Source: Treponema sp. (GTDB taxonomy: Bacteria; Spirochaetota; Spirochaetia; Treponematales; Breznakiellaceae). From it: a DNA stretch of 64,000 bases. How positions within the stretch are numbered: the first letter of the stretch is position 1; every line of letters begins with the position of its first letter. Where the stretch lies: positions 21,489-85,488 of the forward strand of contig WQWU01000002.1 in the NCBI GenBank assembly GCA_009785215.1, given 5' to 3'. The notes under the pieces were generated by a model, which saw only the letters and a program-made list of their open reading frames with translations, was not told the origin of the DNA and ran no database searches. Positions 57,919 to 64,000 of the stretch are shown here, one piece after another. The position numbers were made by a program, and so were the translations under genes.

Positions 57919-60630
57919 ATGGAAAACGAAAACACTGCCAATGGCGCTGATATGGAAGAAAAAACTCCTGTAGAAAAAAAGAAAAAAAAGTTCCCAAAAG
58001 CGATAATAAGATTTATCTGTATTCTGGCAATAATAACTGCTGCCTGGGCTGCTTTTTCAATGATAGGCAGAGTTAATGCCGCCGTTGTAATCCCTGATTC
58101 AGCAAGCCTTCGTATAAGTATTCACAATCCTATAAGTTTAATAGAAGCAATTTTAACTCATGAAACATTAAACGAGGTTTACACAGTTCCGGAGTTGGCT
58201 CCGATAGTACCTATACTAAACCTATTGCATGATTTTGATGTTGTTAATCATGGCTTTGTTCGTATTGCAACACGCGGAAATATGGAAGCTGCTCTGTTAT
58301 CCTCTGAGCAGGAAGACGGAACATTTGTTGCAGCCTGGGATTTAGGGTTTTTTTCTCCATTACTGCGAATCCTTCCTTCTTTATCAAACTTCATTACTAT
58401 TCCAAATCTTTATTATGTGCAGGCGGGAAGCAATTCACGTTTTGAATTCCGCGCAGATGACATGACACTATATATCGGTCCTTACCGTAATCTAATTTTT
58501 ATAACAGACAGCGTTAAAATTTATGAATCACGTTCATCCATGCATTCCGGTCACGATGCCGCATTTAATGTGATAAGACCTTCTTCATATGATGCTGCAA
58601 TAATGATTTCCAATGAATTTATCGCTTCGCTTTTATCTGAACAGGATCCCGGCATAGCGGCGCTGATAAAAAATATTGATTTTGATTCTAAAGTAGAAGC
58701 AGGACTTTCAATACATCAAAGAAAAATAGAATTGCGCTTAGCCGCGCCCTTATCATCCCGGCAGGAAAGTTTAAACCGGATCCTGAGACAGCGTTCTACC
58801 GTGCCGGGTATGGCAGAACGTATTCCTGCCGACGCACAATATGCAACTATTCTATCGGCAGGTACACTTGAAGAACTTTATCAAACTGCGCTTGTTTTTA
58901 CTCCAGAACTGGATGATGCTTTAAAAACTGCAGACAGCGCCTCGCGTATACTTTTAGGTGTCACGCTTGACGATCTTCTCTTTTCATGGTCAGGAAATGA
59001 ATTTGCAGTTTTTGGATTGGAAGGACGCCCGCACCCTGTTTATGCTATTCAAATATCCGATGAACGCAAAAGGCAGGAAGTTTTTGACAGAGCATTCAGA
59101 TCTTTCGTAGTAAACGAAAATATAAGATTAAATCTTGATGGAACGCGGATTCCGCGGATTGAAGTACCGGAATTTCTGCAGTCTCTCCTTCGCAGATGGA
59201 ATATTTTTATTCCGTCTCCGTATTACATTGTACATAGGGATTATCTTATTGTAAGCGAATCTGCAGATGCTCTTCTTGCGGCAGTACGCGCAATGCAAAG
59301 AAATGATGTGCTTCCAAGAACATCCGAATGGCGCAATATTGCAGGAGGAAGATCGATGGCAACTTCCTTTAGCTTGTACTATTCACTTGATATTTCGATG
59401 CCGTTTTTCCTCCGCGGCAATACAGCTCTAAGCGGCTTTATGTCTCTTTACAGACAAGGGCTTGCCCGCATGAGCATAGATAGAGGTATTGTAGATATTT
59501 CGCTGTCTCTTGTTCCAGGATCAGGCAATGGCGTAACGCTTGTTAATGGTTTCCCGATTGCTGTCGGAGGAAGACCTTCCAATACCGTAAGCGGAATGGG
59601 CAGAGGCGAAGAAGGAAGGGTTTTCTTTACATCCGGCGGTACTTCAGTTTCTCTAAGTTTAATGGATAATAGTACTCTGGAAATTTCAGGGCAGGGCTCT
59701 CACTGGATTATTCCTGCCGATGGAGTAGGAAGAAGAAACTCGGTTAATGCCTGGGTTGTTACAGATCGCGGACGTATTACACTTGTAGACAATAATATGG
59801 AAGCGGCTTCCGGTTTCCCGGTACTTTTAGGATTAAGGCTTTCTTCTCCTCCTGCCGCCCACGAAGGTAAACTTTATCTTTGCGATGAAGACGGAAAGGT
59901 TCATGTAATGGATGAAAACGGGAATCACAGTGTGTGGGAAACAGTTTTTGACGCCGCTGTACGTTCACCGCCGTTTTTCCTTACAGTATCATCAAGGAAT
60001 ACATCCAATACTTATGCCGCAGTTTATCCAAAAAGTTTCTCCGGCGAGATATGGCTCCTTGATGCAAACGGAAGAGCCTTGCCGAACTGGCCTGCGGCGA
60101 TAGCAATTACAGAAGACGGCGAAGACGATTTTGGCATCGGTTTCGGCACACCGCTTCTTTTCTCTCACGGCAATCGTGTGCTTGTTGCATTTATTAATCA
60201 ATCTGGACAATTACTTGTATATGACGAATCTGCAGAGCTTGTTTCACCTTTTCCTTTGAAACTGGACGGCTTCTTTTTCCAGCAACCCGTATATGACGGA
60301 GAGTATTTATGGCTTATTTCGTCTAACGGCAATTTCTTCCGCGTAAGCATGGATGGAAATGTTTTATATCAGAATATTCCAGGTTTCTCTGTAGGAATGG
60401 ATGAAGGTTTTATTACAGTTTTTGACAGCAATAACAGTAAAGTGCCGGATATATTTATTACCGGCGAAGGTAATGCCCTATACGCATTTACACGTAATTT
60501 CCGTTCATTGGAAGGATTTCCGCTTCCTATATGGGGAAGGCCGTATTTTATTCCTGCGTTAGGCAACAGAAAAGCAGAAATCTTCGGCATGGGAATGAGC
60601 ATGAGATTATACCGGTATCAATTTAAATAG
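57919..60630 (+). CDS. large membrane-anchored periplasmic protein with C-terminal beta-propeller-like repeats
   Basis: Single N-terminal TM and repeated (G/S/N)(F/W)P motifs (NGFPI, SGFPV, PNWPA, SPFPL, EGFPL). Confidence 0.7.
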   Translation: MENENTANGADMEEKTPVEKKKKKFPKAIIRFICILAIITAAWAAFSMIGRVNAAVVIPDSASLRISIHNPISLIEAILTHETLNEVYTVPELAPIVPILNLLHDFDVVNHGFVRIATRGNMEAALLSSEQEDGTFVAAWDLGFFSPLLRILPSLSNFITIPNLYYVQAGSNSRFEFRADDMTLYIGPYRNLIFITDSVKIYESRSSMHSGHDAAFNVIRPSSYDAAIMISNEFIASLLSEQDPGIAALIKNIDFDSKVEAGLSIHQRKIELRLAAPLSSRQESLNRILRQRSTVPGMAERIPADAQYATILSAGTLEELYQTALVFTPELDDALKTADSASRILLGVTLDDLLFSWSGNEFAVFGLEGRPHPVYAIQISDERKRQEVFDRAFRSFVVNENIRLNLDGTRIPRIEVPEFLQSLLRRWNIFIPSPYYIVHRDYLIVSESADALLAAVRAMQRNDVLPRTSEWRNIAGGRSMATSFSLYYSLDISMPFFLRGNTALSGFMSLYRQGLARMSIDRGIVDISLSLVPGSGNGVTLVNGFPIAVGGRPSNTVSGMGRGEEGRVFFTSGGTSVSLSLMDNSTLEISGQGSHWIIPADGVGRRNSVNAWVVTDRGRITLVDNNMEAASGFPVLLGLRLSSPPAAHEGKLYLCDEDGKVHVMDENGNHSVWETVFDAAVRSPPFFLTVSSRNTSNTYAAVYPKSFSGEIWLLDANGRALPNWPAAIAITEDGEDDFGIGFGTPLLFSHGNRVLVAFINQSGQLLVYDESAELVSPFPLKLDGFFFQQPVYDGEYLWLISSNGNFFRVSMDGNVLYQNIPGFSVGMDEGFITVFDSNNSKVPDIFITGEGNALYAFTRNFRSLEGFPLPIWGRPYFIPALGNRKAEIFGMGMSMRLYRYQFK

Positions 60631-60640
60631 AGGGGATTAT

Positions 60641-61777
60641 ATGAGGAAGCTTCAAATTGCAATTATGTGTTTTATCGCTGTAATTTTTTCCGCGTGCGGT
60701 TCCATGGGTGACATTACAGTTAATAGTCAAAGAAGCCATCTTGATGCAAATCTTGCAGAAATCGAAGCTAAAGTTGTTCCGCTGGAAGCTTCTGCAGAAA
60801 CGCTGAATTCCAATGAAATGCGGAACAGACAAAGAGACATAACAGCGATACGTCAGCAGATTACACAAATGGAAAGAGAATCATCCGGTGATACCGATTA
60901 TCAGGGAAAACTAATTGCATGGTCAGGCAGGCTTTCACTTTTAGAAAACAGATACAGCGAAGCTCAGCGCTTTTACCGCCAGTCAAATTCTGTTTCGCCG
61001 GGTAACCTGCCTGCAGTAATTTTATCAATCCGGCTGGAAGGCGATCCTCAAAAAAGACTGGAAATAATCGAAAGAGAACTTGCCATGCTTGGGCAGCGAT
61101 CTTCCGGTATCGGCGAATTAAATATAGAAAGAGGGCGTGCGCTCTTTGATCTGAATCGATTTTCTGAATCTGCAGGCGCATTTGATGTTGCTTTCTCGGC
61201 AGGATTGGACAGTGTATATCCTGATAGTTACGGTTCGTTCAGAAGCCGTGCATGGGAACTGCGTAACACAAGCGGAGTAGCTGCCGCATCTTTAAACCTG
61301 CTTGGAAGGGAAACTATTACCTGGAACGACTGCATCGCTCTTACAAGAAATGAAACGCAGCTTTTACGTTTTCTTACTGCAGGCAGAACAGTAGCAGAAG
61401 CCGAATTATTTACCCGCCTTCTTGAACGCGGCTTTATTCCATTCAGCCAGGATATTACTGTAACACAGTGGCCGGCAACTCGGCCAAGAGGAGATGAAGC
61501 TGTTACCCGCGCAGGAGCCGCCTGGTTCATATGGCATTTACATGCCGAATCCCGCGCAGATCGCGGTATGCTTTCCCGTTATTCAGCGCGTTTTGCAACA
61601 GGAGCAAATCCCAGAAGCCCAATACTTGATGTACCGCCGCTTTCTCCGTTTTTTGATTCCATTCTTGGATGTGTAGAAACAGAACTTATGTCTTTACAGG
61701 ATGGACGTAACTTTCGTCCTTCTCAACCGATTCGAGGCGCAGAGCTTCTTGCAATTTTGCGAAGGATAGATAATTAA
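60641..61777 (+). CDS. TPR lipoprotein with C-terminal SLH-like domain
   Basis: FSAC lipobox, TPR-like helices, DVPPLSPFFDSI...GRNFRPSQPIRGAE. Confidence 0.72.
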   Translation: MRKLQIAIMCFIAVIFSACGSMGDITVNSQRSHLDANLAEIEAKVVPLEASAETLNSNEMRNRQRDITAIRQQITQMERESSGDTDYQGKLIAWSGRLSLLENRYSEAQRFYRQSNSVSPGNLPAVILSIRLEGDPQKRLEIIERELAMLGQRSSGIGELNIERGRALFDLNRFSESAGAFDVAFSAGLDSVYPDSYGSFRSRAWELRNTSGVAAASLNLLGRETITWNDCIALTRNETQLLRFLTAGRTVAEAELFTRLLERGFIPFSQDITVTQWPATRPRGDEAVTRAGAAWFIWHLHAESRADRGMLSRYSARFATGANPRSPILDVPPLSPFFDSILGCVETELMSLQDGRNFRPSQPIRGAELLAILRRIDN

Positions 61778-63616
61778 TTGCAGTACAGAAAAACAAAAAT
61801 TGTATGCTCTTTGGGGCCTTCATCATCTGATGATGCTGTTGTTCGCGAACTTATTCTTTCTGGAATGAATATCGCGAGATTAAACTTTTCTCATGAAAAT
61901 CATGAAATTCACGGAAAAACAATTGATCGTGTAAGAAGAATATCTCGTGAACTTGATAAACCTGTTGCCATTTTACTGGACACAAAAGGCCCTGAGATCC
62001 GGACTGGAATGGTAGAAAATAACGGTAAGATTACAATTAACAAAGATGATCTTGTCATTATTACTACAGACGGCTGCTTAACTACCGCGGCAGAAAATGC
62101 AAGTCAGGAACAAATTCCTGCACGTATCTCCATAACATGGAAAGATGCGGGAAAAAAGCTGCAAAAAGGTCATCACATTCTTATAGCAGACGGACTTTTA
62201 GATCTGGAAGTAATCGATGTTATTAAAAAAGGAGAGCCGGACGCTCAAATAAAATGCCGCGCAAACAATGCCGCTGTAATTGGCAGCAAAAAAAACGTTA
62301 ATCTTATCGGCACTCATGCAAGGCTTCCCATAATGAGCGAACAGGACAAGGAAGACATTGCCTTTGGCGTTAAGATGGACATTGATTTTATCGCCGCCAG
62401 TTTTTTAAGTTTTCCCTATGAAGTTGTAGAAATTAAAAAATATTTAGAAAGCCTTAATTCTTCCATTAAAGTAATTGCAAAAATTGAATGTGAAGACGGG
62501 GTAGATAACATAAGGGAAATAGTTCAAGTTGCAGACGGAGTAATGGTTGCCCGCGGCGATCTCGGCGTTCAGCTTCCAACAGAACAAATTCCGCTGGTGC
62601 AGAAGAAAATAATAAGTGTGTGCCGGAAAGCAGGAAAGCCGGTAATTACAGCAACACAAATGCTTGAATCGATGATTGTTAATCCGCGCCCAACACGCGC
62701 AGAACTAACAGATGTTGCCAATGCAATTTTTGACGGAACCGATGCAGTTATGCTTTCCGGCGAAACTGCAAATGGAGCATATCCTGCAGAAGCTGTTAAG
62801 ATGATGGATAAAATTGCCCGCACAGTTGAGTGGTCTTATGAATTCAGAGAACGAATGCAAAGTATCCGCGATGAATGTTTTGCCGAAGAATACAACCCAA
62901 GTGAAAACCTTGGAATAATTATGTCAAAATCGGGAGTAGATATATCTACATCTGTAAATGCAAAAGCAATTGTAACGCCTACCCTTGGCGGCAATACAGC
63001 GCGGCTGCTCAGTGTATTCAGGCCGGATCAGCCTATTCTTGCAGTAACTCCAAGTGATAAAACAATACGTACGCTGCAATTATACTGGGGTGTCTACCCT
63101 TGTTATGCACCGGTTGCCGATGAAACAGAAAGCATGATTCAAAACTCCATGAGAGTAGCAACAAAAACCGGAGCGGCATCAATATCAGATAAAATTGTTC
63201 TTGTCGCCGGGCTTCCCCTGCAAAGCCCAAACATGGTAAATACTGTCCGGGTTTTAATCATTGGAACGATACTTGCACGTTCAACCTCCGGCGGTTTTTC
63301 CAACCCGGAGATTACACGCGTTCAGGGCAGAATCATGTTTGCCTCAAATGTAACCGAAGCCCGCGAAAACATCATGTTAAAAAAAGGTGATATACTTGCA
63401 TGCAGAATTCTTACAAAAGATTTTATTCCCATAGTACGCATTGTAAAGGGAATTATATGCGAAGAAATATCGGAAATAACTGATGCAGACCTGCATTCTG
63501 TAAACTCAGACCTTGTCTGGCTTACCCATATAAGGCATACTACGGATAAACTTGAGCCAGGGCTGACAGTAACAATAGATGCAAAAGAGCTGCTTGTATA
63601 CGAAGGCTCTGTGTAA
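61778..63616 (+). CDS. pyk: pyruvate kinase (with C-terminal extension)
   Basis: RKTKIVCSLGP, RLNFSH, DTKGPEIRT, MVARGDLG, ATQMLESM and MLSGETA. TTG start. Confidence 0.97.
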   Translation: MQYRKTKIVCSLGPSSSDDAVVRELILSGMNIARLNFSHENHEIHGKTIDRVRRISRELDKPVAILLDTKGPEIRTGMVENNGKITINKDDLVIITTDGCLTTAAENASQEQIPARISITWKDAGKKLQKGHHILIADGLLDLEVIDVIKKGEPDAQIKCRANNAAVIGSKKNVNLIGTHARLPIMSEQDKEDIAFGVKMDIDFIAASFLSFPYEVVEIKKYLESLNSSIKVIAKIECEDGVDNIREIVQVADGVMVARGDLGVQLPTEQIPLVQKKIISVCRKAGKPVITATQMLESMIVNPRPTRAELTDVANAIFDGTDAVMLSGETANGAYPAEAVKMMDKIARTVEWSYEFRERMQSIRDECFAEEYNPSENLGIIMSKSGVDISTSVNAKAIVTPTLGGNTARLLSVFRPDQPILAVTPSDKTIRTLQLYWGVYPCYAPVADETESMIQNSMRVATKTGAASISDKIVLVAGLPLQSPNMVNTVRVLIIGTILARSTSGGFSNPEITRVQGRIMFASNVTEARENIMLKKGDILACRILTKDFIPIVRIVKGIICEEISEITDADLHSVNSDLVWLTHIRHTTDKLEPGLTVTIDAKELLVYEGSV

Positions 63617-63639
63617 GTTTACCGGAATTAATAATATAA

Positions 63640-63903
63640 ACTTTAAATTAAAGGCAACAGAGAATTCCCTCATAAATTCAACAAGTTGATTATAATTGCT
63701 CTTCGCAATCTGCCGTTTAAAATGCCTTTTGAGAGAGATTGAGCCAGTTCTTTTGTTTCCATAACGCATTCTGCAAAGTACTGAAGTCCGCTGCCAAGAT
63801 CTGTAATACCATCAGGAAGAGTTTCTATATTCAAAACAGCTTTAGATTGATCAAAAATAACATCATGGAGATAGTTAAATAAATTCTCTGTTGCCGCTTC
63901 CAC
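63640..63903 (-). pseudogene. relic of a HAMP-containing signalling gene (frameshifted and truncated)
   Basis: GTG start with AAGGAAGG RBS. Frame 1 reads LFNYLHDVI...SLSKGILNG, another frame continues QIAKSNYNQLVEFMREFSVAFN (HAMP-like), then homology is lost. Confidence 0.6.
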
Positions 63904-64000
63904 TGCAAATACCTTCCTTTTAATATTAATAAAAATAGTAAATATTTTTGCATGAGACCAGTAAAAAAGGAGATTTTTTAAGGGGAAGCACATTATCACC

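Noticed and set aside
1774-63230. Numerous short ORFs nested in or antisense to long genes
   Set aside because: They overlap well-supported CDSs and lack RBSs or motifs.

Overview
AT-rich bacterial chromosome segment that looks like a spirochaete, most likely Treponema-like and possibly a termite-gut lineage. This is inferred from gene content (single-chain GlyRS, RRM protein, plastid-type GPAT, many Cys-lipoproteins, expanded hybrid kinases), not from a search. The backbone carries housekeeping genes (rpsP fragment, luxS, glyQS, proA-proB, radA, pepT, pyk, two RNA methyltransferases), three hybrid sensor kinases and an HD-GYP regulator. It also has an Mpi-like serine recombinase, a small accessory island (AAA-DUF4143 ATPase, XRE/lipoprotein pair, decayed toxin-antitoxin genes) and a NuoE/NuoF/GltD-NuoG-fusion oxidoreductase with no hydrogenase catalytic domain. 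The main candidate for an undescribed system is a ~22 kb, tightly coupled minus-strand operon at 34274-56251. It encodes two TPR-like lipoproteins, a TolC, an RND adaptor, two Ig-like lipoproteins, two divergent RND permeases, a 2602-aa signal-peptide protein and a final lipoprotein. The giant protein has a strict 29-residue Trp periodicity and a C-terminal papain/C39-like domain. The layout reads as an RND/TolC-associated export or display machine for a giant polymorphic toxin with its immunity protein. Other notable signals: an unannotated SinI-like small ORF mimicking the C-terminus of its divergent XRE repressor, many apparently leaderless genes, palindromic in-frame insertions inside coding regions, and structured RNA flanks on the RRM gene. 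No tRNA, rRNA, CRISPR array or intact transposase was recognised.
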